Of a stretch of DNA of 62,260 nt, positions 29,914 to 39,274 are shown piece after piece. A program made the translations under genes and the position numbers. Each line of letters begins with the position of its first letter. Position 1 is the stretch's first letter. The notes beneath the pieces are model-generated. The model worked only from the letters and a program-made list of their open reading frames with translations. It was not told the DNA's origin and searched no databases. Location of the stretch: assembly GCA_007126375.1 (NCBI GenBank), contig SLBI01000106.1, positions 1-62,260 of the forward strand, written 5' to 3'. Source of the stretch: Paracoccaceae bacterium (GTDB lineage: Bacteria; Pseudomonadota; Alphaproteobacteria; Rhodobacterales; Rhodobacteraceae).

Positions 29914-30525
29914 TCATTCCTTCGTTGATGCTGCCTTTTGGAACAGCGCAAGCTGGCTGGCCCCGCCCAGGTCGGGGTGCCGGCCGGCTATATCGGCCAC
30001 CGTCACCACGTAGCCTGTGGTCGCGGCCACCCGCCCGGCCCAGCTGCGGAATCTCCCGCGGGTCCACTCGAAACGGTGATCACGATGGCGGAAACGATGT
30101 CCGGGCACTCCCAGCAGCGGGTTGAACTCGGCATTGGGAGTGGTCACCACGACGGTCATCGGGTGCAGCCTGACAAACACGGCCCGCTCCAGCTGTGACA
30201 GATGGCTCGGGTCGATGTGTTCGAGCACCTCGACCAGTGCGGCGCAGTCGAAGCCGGCAAGATCCGCGTCGGGTTCGGTCAGCGAGGCGCGGCGCAGTTC
30301 GATGTTCCGGGCGCAGGCCTCCGCCCGCGCCAGCCGCGCCCGCAGCCGGGTCAGCGCGGCAGCCGAAACGTCGATCCCGACCAGCCGCGCGATGCCCGGC
30401 TCGGCGGCCAGTCGCAGAAACAGGTCACCGTCTCCGCATCCGAGGTCGACTACGCTCCGCGCTCGCGACGTGCGAATCGCCGCCTGCACCGCCTCCAGCC
30501 GCTCTCCGTGCAGCCAGTTCGTCAT
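29914..30525 (-). CDS. Stand-alone Hen1-type 3'-terminal RNA ribose 2'-O-methyltransferase domain (203 aa)
   Basis: DLGCGDG SAM motif, [13 protein letters not shown] and [12 protein letters not shown] signatures. ATG overlaps the upstream stop (ATGA) with GGAGG just upstream. Confidence 0.85.
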   Translation of the reverse strand: MTNWLHGERLEAVQAAIRTSRARSVVDLGCGDGDLFLRLAAEPGIARLVGIDVSAAALTRLRARLARAEACARNIELRRASLTEPDADLAGFDCAALVEVLEHIDPSHLSQLERAVFVRLHPMTVVVTTPNAEFNPLLGVPGHRFRHRDHRFEWTRGRFRSWAGRVAATTGYVVTVADIAGRHPDLGGASQLALFQKAASTKE

Positions 30526-31796
30526 GCCTCCGCCCCGCCTGGACGGCGCAGCAGCACGACGTCCTTGGCCGGCACGACGCAATCCCAGCCCCAGCGGTGC
30601 GCGAGGTGGCGGAAGGTCTCTTCGCGGTAGAACACCACATGGGTCGGATCCTTGCGGTAATGCCAGCGGGCAAAGCGGGCGTCGTCGGTCTGGAAACAGG
30701 TCATGACGCCCAGCCAGCCGGCGGGCCGAACCAGCCCGCGCAGGCGGGCGAATTCCCTGCAAGGGTGGTGGAAATGCTCGGCGGTCTCGGTGCAGGTGAC
30801 AAAGTCGTAGCTGTGCCGCAGCGGCGCTGGATCGGTGGCGAAGAATGGATCGTAAAGTGCGACCTCGTGCCCGGCCTCGCGCAGCATCGCCGCTAGCGCC
30901 GGTCCTGGCCCGCACCCGAAATCGAGCCCGAAGGATCCGGGCGCGAGCCGCGCCATCAGCGGTGTCGCGAGTTTCGACAGGAAGGCGCGATAGCGGGGAT
31001 CGCCGGGATCGTTCCGGTGGTTCAGGTAATGCGCATGCTCTTCGGCGGCAATCGGATGCTGCGCCGGATCGAGAAACCGCGCCGCGCAGGCCCTGCAGTA
31101 CCAGTAGCTGCGTCCCTCCGTTTCCATCAGGGGCGCCACAGAGGTGGCGCCGCACACCGGGCAGGCGGCTGGCCCGCTCGCCGCATGATCGCCACGACGT
31201 GGAACGTCCGCCCGGCCGCCGGACCGTCTGCCGGCATCGTTCCCGCCGGGTGGGGTGACCTCGCGCCAATAGCCGGGGGCAAGGCCGGCCAGCGTCCAGT
31301 CGCCCACGCTCCAGCGGATCAGGCGCAGCGTCGGGTGGGCAACCGCGGCGGTCATGCGCCGCACCTGCCGGTTTCGCCCCTCGCGCAGCGTAACGCGCAG
31401 CCAGCAGTCGGGCACGCTCTGCCGCACCCGGATCGGCGGGGTGCGCGGCCACAGCGCCGGCGGTTCGATGCGCGCCACCTGGGCAGGGCGTGTCGGCCCG
31501 TCCTTCAGCACCACCCCGCGGCGCAGGCGCTCCAAGGCGGCTTCGTCGGGGATGCCCTCGACCTGCACGAGATAGGTCTTGGGCAGCTTGAAGCGCGGAT
31601 CGCTGATGCGCGCCTGCAGCCGGCCGTCATCGGTAAGCAGCAGCAGCCCCTCGCTGTCACGGTCGAGGCGCCCGGCCGGATAGAAACCCGGAAGCGCCAG
31701 ATGATCCGACAATGTCGCCCGGGCCGCCGGGCTGCCACGGTCGGTGAACTGTGAAAGCACACCGTAGGGCTTGTTGAAAAGGATCAGACGGGTCAT
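30522..31796 (-). CDS. rluE: RluE-type pseudouridine synthase fused in frame to a Zn-ribbon class I SAM methyltransferase
   Basis: N-terminal [32 protein letters not shown] and [13 protein letters not shown]-terminal [21 protein letters not shown] and DPTHVVFY. Confidence 0.85.
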   Translation of the reverse strand: MTRLILFNKPYGVLSQFTDRGSPAARATLSDHLALPGFYPAGRLDRDSEGLLLLTDDGRLQARISDPRFKLPKTYLVQVEGIPDEAALERLRRGVVLKDGPTRPAQVARIEPPALWPRTPPIRVRQSVPDCWLRVTLREGRNRQVRRMTAAVAHPTLRLIRWSVGDWTLAGLAPGYWREVTPPGGNDAGRRSGGRADVPRRGDHAASGPAACPVCGATSVAPLMETEGRSYWYCRACAARFLDPAQHPIAAEEHAHYLNHRNDPGDPRYRAFLSKLATPLMARLAPGSFGLDFGCGPGPALAAMLREAGHEVALYDPFFATDPAPLRHSYDFVTCTETAEHFHHPCREFARLRGLVRPAGWLGVMTCFQTDDARFARWHYRKDPTHVVFYREETFRHLAHRWGWDCVVPAKDVVLLRRPGGAEA

Positions 31797-31822
31797 GGCG
31801 CGATCTCCGGAAGCCGGTCGGA

Positions 31823-32518
31823 TCAGCCGTCGCGGCGTTCAACTGCCGCCCTGGTCGAGGCTTCCAGAAGGTCGAGGAGCGCCTCGCACGCGGTTACAGC
31901 GGCCGCTTCGTCCCCCGCCACGATTGCGCGCAGCGTGCGGGCGTGCAACTCGGCCGCAGCCCGAAAACGCCCGGTGTCGCTGATCATCGAGAACCAGAAC
32001 CGCCGCGAGAGATTGTGCAACACCGCCATCTGCTGGCGCAGGAAGGTGTTGTGGGTCGCCTGCGCCTCGATCTCGTGGATCGCCTTGTTGAACCGCAAAT
32101 AACTGTCACGGTCGCCGGCCTCGATCGCGGCCAGCAGCCCGTCGGACAGCCGGATCATCTCGGCGCGCTCCGCCGCGGTCGCCCGCCGGGTGGCGAGGCG
32201 GATCATCTGCGCCTCCAGCGGCCGGCGCGTCTCCAGCAGGTCGAGCTGCCGGGTTATGTCGATCGGCGCGACAAGGACGCCCCGGCGCGGCATCACCTCG
32301 ACGAAGCCCTCGAACTTGAGCCGCTGCAGGGCCTCGCGCACCGGCGTGCGGCCCAGGGTCAACTCGCGCGCAAGGTCGTTTTCCGACAGGAGTTGATAAG
32401 GGGCGAGGCGCCCTGTCACGATCAGGGTCTGGATACGTTCATAGGCCTCCTCGGTCATCGACCGCGGCGGTTGCGCGCCCGTCTGCCCCGCAATGCTGTC
32501 GCGCTGGTTCATGTTCAC
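31823..32518 (-). CDS. GntR family (FCD domain) transcriptional regulator
   Basis: [19 protein letters not shown] helix-turn-helix; FCD-type C-terminus. Confidence 0.93.
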   Translation of the reverse strand: MNMNQRDSIAGQTGAQPPRSMTEEAYERIQTLIVTGRLAPYQLLSENDLARELTLGRTPVREALQRLKFEGFVEVMPRRGVLVAPIDITRQLDLLETRRPLEAQMIRLATRRATAAERAEMIRLSDGLLAAIEAGDRDSYLRFNKAIHEIEAQATHNTFLRQQMAVLHNLSRRFWFSMISDTGRFRAAAELHARTLRAIVAGDEAAAVTACEALLDLLEASTRAAVERRDG

Positions 32519-32547
32519 CTCGGCCCCTGTCCGGGCGATGGCGGATG

Positions 32548-32608
32548 ATTATCCATTGACATGATGATGGACAACAATTATCCATCTGATAGACTGCTGA
32601 CATATCAG
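32548..32608. promoter_or_regulatory. Divergent promoter/operator region (TTGACA, CTGACATATCAG palindrome, ATTATCCAT direct repeat)
   Basis: TTGACA at 32556-32561; CTGA-CATA-TCAG at 32597-32608 plus extra half-site CTGATA at 32586; ATTATCCAT at 32548 and 32577. Confidence 0.6.
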
Positions 32609-32630
32609 TCGCGCACGGGGAGGAGACCGT

Positions 32631-33977
32631 ATGGCCGTCACGGCGCTGGACCGGCGAGTTCTGCCGGAGCTTCTGTGTGACCTCCTGGTTGTGGGCGGCG
32701 GTGCGGCGGGCGTTGCCACGGCAGTGACCGGGGCGCGAGGCGGGCTGCGGGTGGCGCTGGTGGAGCGGCACGGATTCTGTGGCGGCGGTGCGGTGGCGGG
32801 GCATTCGGGCACGGTCTGCGGGCTCTACGAGGCGTCGGACAGCCTGAAGAACCGCCCGGTGCAGGCGGTCTGGGGCTTCGCCGACGAATTCGTGCGGGCA
32901 CTGGAGGCGCGCGGCGGGCTGGCCGATCCGGTGCGTTACGGCAAGACCTTCACCCGTGTGCACGACCCGATCGTCTGGCGCGAGACGGCCGACGATTTTC
33001 TGGCCGACGCGGGCGTGCAGGTGATCTTTCACGCCGTCGCCGTCCGCGTGCTGACCGACGGCGGCGAGACGGTGGAGGGTGCCGAAGTGTGGACCAAGGA
33101 GGGGCCGCTGCGGATCCGCGCCGGCATCACCGTCGACGCCTCCGGCGATGCCGATCTGGTGGCGATGGCCGGTCTGCCCAGCTTCGTCGGCGACAACGGC
33201 CGGGTGCAGAACCCTACCATGATCTTCCGGCTCATGGGTGTCGATGTTGCCGCCTTCCGCGCCGCCTATGGCGAGGACACGATCATGCCGCCGGCAGTGT
33301 CCGAAATGATTGCCGAAGCCAATGCCTCGGGGCGCTACCAGCTGCCGCGGGCGAAAATCTGGCTGTTTCCCACGACGCGGCCCGGCGAATTGCTGTGCAA
33401 CTGCACGCGCATCCTCGGTGCCGACGGGCGCGAACTGAACCCGCTCTTCTGGCGCGACTTCGCCGAGGCCGAGGTCGAGGGCCGCAGGCAGGCGCGGGAA
33501 TACGCCCGGTTCTTCCGCGACCGTTTGACAGGCTGCGCGGAGGCCTTCGTCAACGACACCGGCGTACAGGTGGGCGTGCGTCAGACCCGCCAGGTCGAGG
33601 GTCGGTCCAAGCTGATGAACGACGATGTGGTGGCCGGGCGCAAGTCTGCCGACGGCATTGCCCGCTCGCCCTGGCCGATCGAGCTGCATGCCGGCACCAA
33701 GCCCCGTGTCGAATGGTTGCTCGACGATGTCTACGAGATCCCCTTCGGCTGCTTCCTGCCGGCCGCGGGACAGCGGCTGATGGTGGCCGGGCGCTGCCTC
33801 TCGGCTGAGCACGAGGCGGTCGCCTCGGCGCGGGTCACAGCGCAGTGTTTCAGCTACGGCCATGCGGTCGGCCATGCCGCGCTGGTGGCGCTGCGCGAGG
33901 GGATCGAGCCGGCAGCGATCGCCGGGTCCGACCTGCGCGCGATACTCAACCGCGACGGCGCGCGGCTGGACGGCTGA
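32631..33977 (+). CDS. FAD-dependent oxidoreductase (FAD_oxidored family)
   Basis: VVGGGAAG, VDASGDAD, GVRQTR, YEIPFGCF and VAGRCLSA motifs. Confidence 0.88.
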   Translation: MAVTALDRRVLPELLCDLLVVGGGAAGVATAVTGARGGLRVALVERHGFCGGGAVAGHSGTVCGLYEASDSLKNRPVQAVWGFADEFVRALEARGGLADPVRYGKTFTRVHDPIVWRETADDFLADAGVQVIFHAVAVRVLTDGGETVEGAEVWTKEGPLRIRAGITVDASGDADLVAMAGLPSFVGDNGRVQNPTMIFRLMGVDVAAFRAAYGEDTIMPPAVSEMIAEANASGRYQLPRAKIWLFPTTRPGELLCNCTRILGADGRELNPLFWRDFAEAEVEGRRQAREYARFFRDRLTGCAEAFVNDTGVQVGVRQTRQVEGRSKLMNDDVVAGRKSADGIARSPWPIELHAGTKPRVEWLLDDVYEIPFGCFLPAAGQRLMVAGRCLSAEHEAVASARVTAQCFSYGHAVGHAALVALREGIEPAAIAGSDLRAILNRDGARLDG

Positions 33978-33990
33978 CGGGGAGGCGGCG

Positions 33991-34743
33991 ATGAGCGACG
34001 AGATCCGCATCGAAATGCAGGGGCCGGTGGGCCTCGTGAGCCTCAACCGGCCGGCGCGACGCAATGCGCTGGGCGCGGACGGGACAGCGGCACTGATGAC
34101 GGCGTTCCGGCAACTTGCCGCCGACCCCGGCTGCCGCGCTGCGGTGCTGACCGGCGCCCCGCCGGCCTTCTGCGCCGGCAGCGACCTCAAGGAACTCGGC
34201 GGCCTCGACGTGCCTGCGATGTGCGCGCATGAGGCCGAGACGGCGCGGCTCGCCCGGCAGATCGGCATGTTGCCCCTGCCCGTGGTCGCGGCCGTCGAAG
34301 GCTATGCGCTGGGCGGCGGCATGATCCTCGCGCTTGCCTGCGACGTGGTGGTCAGTGCGCGCGGTACCCGCTGGGATCTGCCCGAGGTGCGCAACGGCTG
34401 GCTGCCGCCCTGGGGGTTGCAGGCGCTGATGGCGCGGGTCGGTCCGGTGAAGGCGCGGCTGCTGACCTGGGGCGTGACCGAGGTCGACGGCGCCGCGGCA
34501 CTGCGGATGGGCCTCGTCGATGCGATGGCCGAGGACGGGCAGGCGCTGGCCGAGGCGCTGGCGCTGGCCGGCCGGCTGGCGGCGCTGCCCGAGGGCGCGG
34601 CGCGCTCGACCAAGCGTTATTTCGAACCCTTCGTGCTGGGCGACGCCGAGCGGCAGGACGCCGAGGCGAGCCGCGTCTTCGCCGAGGATGCGCAGAGCGC
34701 CGCTTCGCAGGCGACGCTGGCGAAGTTCGCGAGGAAGGCATGA
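33991..34743 (+). CDS. Enoyl-CoA hydratase/isomerase (crotonase) family protein
   Basis: LNRP.RRNA, FCAGSDL, ALGGG and LPEV; RBS GGAGG. Confidence 0.9.
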   Translation: MSDEIRIEMQGPVGLVSLNRPARRNALGADGTAALMTAFRQLAADPGCRAAVLTGAPPAFCAGSDLKELGGLDVPAMCAHEAETARLARQIGMLPLPVVAAVEGYALGGGMILALACDVVVSARGTRWDLPEVRNGWLPPWGLQALMARVGPVKARLLTWGVTEVDGAAALRMGLVDAMAEDGQALAEALALAGRLAALPEGAARSTKRYFEPFVLGDAERQDAEASRVFAEDAQSAASQATLAKFARKA

Positions 34744-36341
34744 GCAAGCAGACCGACGCCGCCACCGCCGTCGCCACGATCCCGGACGGGGCGACCGTCG
34801 CCTCGGCGGGCGTGATAGGCTGGGTGACGCCGGACGCGACGCTGGCCGCGTTGGGCCGGCGTTTCGCCGAGACCGGCGCACCGCGCGACCTGACCTTCTA
34901 TTTCCCCTGCGGCACCGGCGACGCCATGGGCATCAAGGGCATGGACCATGTCGCCCGCGAAGGGCTGATGAAGCGGATCATTGCCGGCTCTTTCATCAAC
35001 CCGGTCGATCCCGCCACCGGCCGGCGGCCCGAGTTGATGCGGCTGATCCGCGAGAACCGGATCGAGGCCTGGTCCTGGCCGATCGGCGCCTCCATGCACT
35101 GGCTGCGGGAGGTTGCGCGCAGGAGCCCTGGCTATATCACCCGCGTCGGGCTGGGGACCTATGCCGATCCGCGCCACGGCGGGGGGAAGTTCACCGAAAA
35201 GGCCGCCGAGGATCTGATCCGGCTGATCGAGATCGACGGCGAGGAGTTGCTCTACTATCCCACATGGCCGATCGACGTGGCGATCATCCGCGCCGCCAGC
35301 GCCGATCCCGATGGCAACCTCTCGTGGGAGGACGAGCCGCTGATAACTGCCTCCATCGCGCTCGCCCTGGCGGCCAAGGCCAGTGGCGGGCGGGTGATCG
35401 CGCAGGTCCGCCGGATGGTGGAGCCGGGCAGCCGGCCGTCCACCGCCGTGCGCCTGCCCGGTGTCTATGTCGATCAGGTCGTCTGCGACCCCGACATGAT
35501 GATGACCACCGACGTCGCCTATGAACCCGCCTATTTCTCCGGCCGCCGGCTGCCGCTGTCGGCGCTTTCCGCACCGCCCTTCTCCGTGGACCGGATCATT
35601 GCCAATCGGGTGTCGGCCGAGGTCCGCCCTGGAGAACTGGCGATCTTCGGCTTCGGCGCGGCCACCGACGTGCCGCTGGTGATGGCCGAAACCGGCCGCT
35701 TCGACGACGGCCGTCTCGCGGATTATCCAGCCACCACCGAACATGGCGCCTATGGCGGCATCGTCATGCCGGGCTGGCAGTTCTCGGCCAACATCAACCC
35801 CGACGCGCTGATGGACGGGCTGACGCAGTTCGATGCCATCGACGGTGGCCTCTGCCGCTTCGCCGCGCTCTCCTTTGCGGAGTTCGACGCGGCGGGATGC
35901 GTCAACGTCTCGCGCTTCGGCACCGCCTGTCCGGGTGCCGGGGGCTTCATCGACATCGCCCAGAACGCCCGCCGCATCATCCTGGCGGGCACCTTCACCA
36001 CCGCCGGGCTGAAGGCCGAGGTCAAGGACGGCCGCCTGACCATCACCACCGAGGGCAGGGTGCGCAAGTTCGTCCCCGCGGTGCAGTCGATCACCTATCC
36101 CCTCGCGCAAGGCGTCGCCGACCGCGGTCAGGCGGCGCTGATCGTCACCGAGCGCGCCGTCTTCCGAGTGCTGCCCGAAGGGCTGGAACTGATCGAGATC
36201 GCACCCGGCATCGACCTCAAGCGCGATATCCTCGACCTGATGGACTTCGCTCCCATCCGCATCGCCGACCCGCTGCCCATGATGGACGCCGCGCATTTTT
36301 GTGCCCGGCCCGCCGTCGACCGAAAGGAGACCGCCTCGTGA
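34740..36341 (+). CDS. Family I CoA-transferase, fused alpha/beta (YdiF/propionate CoA-transferase-like)
   Basis: TRVGLGTYADPR..GG, EHG (catalytic Glu), GAGGFIDI and TERAVF. Confidence 0.9.
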   Translation: MSKQTDAATAVATIPDGATVASAGVIGWVTPDATLAALGRRFAETGAPRDLTFYFPCGTGDAMGIKGMDHVAREGLMKRIIAGSFINPVDPATGRRPELMRLIRENRIEAWSWPIGASMHWLREVARRSPGYITRVGLGTYADPRHGGGKFTEKAAEDLIRLIEIDGEELLYYPTWPIDVAIIRAASADPDGNLSWEDEPLITASIALALAAKASGGRVIAQVRRMVEPGSRPSTAVRLPGVYVDQVVCDPDMMMTTDVAYEPAYFSGRRLPLSALSAPPFSVDRIIANRVSAEVRPGELAIFGFGAATDVPLVMAETGRFDDGRLADYPATTEHGAYGGIVMPGWQFSANINPDALMDGLTQFDAIDGGLCRFAALSFAEFDAAGCVNVSRFGTACPGAGGFIDIAQNARRIILAGTFTTAGLKAEVKDGRLTITTEGRVRKFVPAVQSITYPLAQGVADRGQAALIVTERAVFRVLPEGLELIEIAPGIDLKRDILDLMDFAPIRIADPLPMMDAAHFCARPAVDRKETAS

Positions 36342-37429
36342 AGGCCGATGCGATCCCGCCCCCGGTGCTGGCGCTGCTGCGCGGGGGCACCGTGCTGCCC
36401 GCCCATCCCCTTGCGCTGACGGCCGACCGCCAGCTGGACCGGACACGCCAACGGGCGCTTACCCGCTATTACATGGACGCGGGGGCTGGTGGCGTGGCTG
36501 TGGGGGTACACACGACCCAGTTCGCCATCCGCGAGGCCGGGCTCTATGCTCCGGTGCTGGAACTGGCCGCCGAGACCGTGGCCGACTGGGCCGATGCCGC
36601 CCGGCTGCTGGTGGCCGGCGTCACCGGACCCACCGCTCAGGCGCTAGACGAGGCGCGCACCGCTCGCGGCCTCGGCTATCACGCCGTTCTGTTGAATCTC
36701 GCGCGGCTCAAGGGGGCGTCCGAGGCGGAGATCCTCCAGCATTGCCGGGCGGTGGCGGCCGAGATGCCGGTTATCGGCTTCGCATTGCTGCCCGAGGTGG
36801 GCGGGTTTCACCTGAGCTATGGCTTCTGGAGGGCTTTCGCCGGGATCGAGAACGTCATCGCCATCAAGATGGCGCCGTTCAACCGCTACCGCACGCTCGA
36901 CATCATCCGCGCGGTGGCCGATGCCGGGGCCGAGGCGCGCGTCACCCTCTATACCGGTAACGACGACCACATCGTTCTGGACCTCCTGCAACCCTTCGTC
37001 GTGCGCGATCCGGGCGGCGAAGTCGAACGCCGGCTGCGCATCCGTGGCGGGCTTCTGGGACATTGGAGCGTCTGGGTGCGCCCGGCGGTGGAGATGCTCA
37101 CGCGGATCCACGCCCTGCCCGACGACGCCGATGTGCCCCAAGACCTGCTGGCGCTCGACAGCATCGTGACCGACTGCAACGGCGCGATCTACGATGCGCT
37201 GAACGATCTGCGCGGCTGCATCCCGGGGTGCCTGGAGGTGCTGCGGCGGCAGGGACTTCTGGCGGGGACATGGTGCCTGGATCCGGCCGAGACCATGAGC
37301 CCGGGCCAGATCGACGAGATCGACCGGGTGTATCGCCAGTACCCCGAGATGAACGACGACGGTTTCGTGCGGGCCAACCTGCAACGCTGGTTGGCCGAGG
37401 ATGGCCAGAAGACACCGCTGGTGGCCTGA
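36338..37429 (+). CDS. Dihydrodipicolinate synthase/aldolase-like protein
   Basis: PAHPLAL, AVGVHTTQF, IKMAPFNRY and LYTGNDD; GTGA overlap and AAAGGAG RBS. Confidence 0.87.
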   Translation: MKADAIPPPVLALLRGGTVLPAHPLALTADRQLDRTRQRALTRYYMDAGAGGVAVGVHTTQFAIREAGLYAPVLELAAETVADWADAARLLVAGVTGPTAQALDEARTARGLGYHAVLLNLARLKGASEAEILQHCRAVAAEMPVIGFALLPEVGGFHLSYGFWRAFAGIENVIAIKMAPFNRYRTLDIIRAVADAGAEARVTLYTGNDDHIVLDLLQPFVVRDPGGEVERRLRIRGGLLGHWSVWVRPAVEMLTRIHALPDDADVPQDLLALDSIVTDCNGAIYDALNDLRGCIPGCLEVLRRQGLLAGTWCLDPAETMSPGQIDEIDRVYRQYPEMNDDGFVRANLQRWLAEDGQKTPLVA

Positions 37430-37460
37430 GCGCCGCGGCACAGGGAGGAAAGACAAGCGC

Positions 37461-38507
37461 ATGATCGACACGCTGCACCCGGGGATGTTCCCCGAAGCGT
37501 TCCGCGACGTGGCCCATCTGGAAGAGTTCATGTCCACCCCCAGCGCCGAGGTGGTGGCCGATCTGGCGGCGGTGGAGGGCGACATCCTCATCCTCGGCGT
37601 CGCCGGCAAGATCGGCGTCACGCTGGCGCGCATGGCCAAGCGCGCCGCGCCCGACAAACGCATCATCGGCGTGTCGCGGTTCTCCGAACCGGGGGTCGAG
37701 GAACGGCTGCAGGCGGCCGGCGTGGAAACCATCCGCTGCGACCTGCTGGACCGCGCGGCCGTCAACGCCCTGCCGAAGCTGCCCAACGTCATCTACATGG
37801 CCGGGCTGAAGTTCGATGCCGGCGGGCGCGAGGATTTCCTCTGGGCGATGAACACGCTGGCGCCGGCGATCTGCGCCGAAGCGTTCCGGGACAGCCGCAT
37901 CGTCGCCTTCTCGACCATCCATGTCTATCCCTGGACCAATCCGCTGCACGGCGGGGTGACCGAGGCGAGCCCGCCGCTGGCCCGGCCCGGCGAATACGCC
38001 AACTCGGTCGTCGGGCGCGAGCGCACCTTCCAGTATTTCTCGCGCCTGCACGGCACGCCGGGGCGGCTGCTGCGCTTCGTCTATGCCATCGACCCGCGCT
38101 ACGGTGTGATGCAGGAGGTGGCCGCCTGGGTGAAGGCCGGCCAGCCGGTGCCGCTGGCCACCGGCCATGTCAACGTGATGTGGCAGGGCGACGCCAACGC
38201 CCAGTTCCTGCGCATGCTGCGGCATTGCGAGACGCCGGCGAGCGCCATCAACATCGGCGGGCCCGAGACCGTCTCGGTCCGGCAGCTGGCCCTGCGCTTC
38301 GGTGAACTGCTCGGCGTCGAGCCGGTGTTCGAGGGAACCGAGGCCGACAGCTGCCTGCTGGTCAGCTGCGACCGCGCCAACGGACTGCTCGGCAACCCCA
38401 TGGTCCCGCTGGACACCATGACCCGCTGGGTCGCCGACTGGGTCCGCCACGACCGGCCGATCCACGGCAAGCCGAGCAAGTTCCACGTCCGCTCCGGCAG
38501 CTTCTGA
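37461..38507 (+). CDS. NAD-dependent epimerase/dehydratase-like (atypical extended SDR)
   Basis: ILGVAGKIG, YMAGLKF, EYANS and NVMWQGDAN. Confidence 0.85.
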   Translation: MIDTLHPGMFPEAFRDVAHLEEFMSTPSAEVVADLAAVEGDILILGVAGKIGVTLARMAKRAAPDKRIIGVSRFSEPGVEERLQAAGVETIRCDLLDRAAVNALPKLPNVIYMAGLKFDAGGREDFLWAMNTLAPAICAEAFRDSRIVAFSTIHVYPWTNPLHGGVTEASPPLARPGEYANSVVGRERTFQYFSRLHGTPGRLLRFVYAIDPRYGVMQEVAAWVKAGQPVPLATGHVNVMWQGDANAQFLRMLRHCETPASAINIGGPETVSVRQLALRFGELLGVEPVFEGTEADSCLLVSCDRANGLLGNPMVPLDTMTRWVADWVRHDRPIHGKPSKFHVRSGSF

Positions 38508-38518
38508 AGGGGCAGGGG

Positions 38519-39274
38519 ATGGGCCGCTACCGCAGCTACCTCTATGCCTTCCTCGCCCATGTCGCCTTCGTGCTGCTGTGGCACTTCGCCGTGGTCTGGT
38601 CGGGCGTGCCCAAGTTCATCATGCCCACCCCGCTCGATGCCCTGCGCGAGCTGTTCGAGCCACACTACAACTGGGGCACCCATATCTGGGTGACGACGCT
38701 GGAGGTGTTCGGCGGCTTCACCCTCGCGGCGGTGGTCGGCGTGGCGATGGCAGTCCTTTTCGTCTGGCTGCCCGGCGCCAATGCGGCACTGATGCCGCTC
38801 CTGGTGACGCTGAACATGATCCCCAAGGTGGCGATGGCGCCGCTCTTCGTCATCTGGCTGGGTTTCGGCATCGTGCCGAACATGGTGATCGCCTTCACCA
38901 TCTGCTTCTTTCCCATCGTGCTGACCACCTATCGCGGCCTGATGGAGGTGGAGCCGGAGCTGATCAACCTCGTGCGTTCGGTCCGCGCCAACCGCTGGCA
39001 GATCTTCACCAAGATCCAGCTACCCGGCTCGCTGCCCTACCTGTTCTCGGGGATGAAGGTCGCCGCGGTGCTGGCCGTGGCCGGCGCCATCGTGGGCGAG
39101 TTCATCGCCTCGGACCGCGGCCTCGGCAACTTCCTCCTGATCCAGCAGAACATGCTGAACACCGGCGCGATGGTGATGGCGCTGATCCTCATCACGCTGA
39201 TCGGCACGGCGCTCTATGGCCTCGTGCTGCTGCTGGAATGGGTCTTCGTCACCCGCAAGGAGGTGGCGCGATGA
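38519..39274 (+). CDS. ABC transporter permease (SsuC/TauC/NitT family)
   Basis: PKVAMAPL, LPYLFSGMK and GAIVGEF..SDRGLG. Confidence 0.92.
   Translation: MGRYRSYLYAFLAHVAFVLLWHFAVVWSGVPKFIMPTPLDALRELFEPHYNWGTHIWVTTLEVFGGFTLAAVVGVAMAVLFVWLPGANAALMPLLVTLNMIPKVAMAPLFVIWLGFGIVPNMVIAFTICFFPIVLTTYRGLMEVEPELINLVRSVRANRWQIFTKIQLPGSLPYLFSGMKVAAVLAVAGAIVGEFIASDRGLGNFLLIQQNMLNTGAMVMALILITLIGTALYGLVLLLEWVFVTRKEVAR

Noticed and set aside
30526-31452. 309-codon upstream extension of the Hen1 frame, as a possible Hen1 N-terminal domain or frameshift fusion
   Set aside because: Arg/Ala/Pro-rich off-frame read of the rluE fusion with no Hen1-like character; the ATGA overlap supports a start at 30525.
32549-32586. 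TTATCCA repeats resembling DnaA boxes
   Set aside because: Only 7/9 match, two copies, and no origin context.
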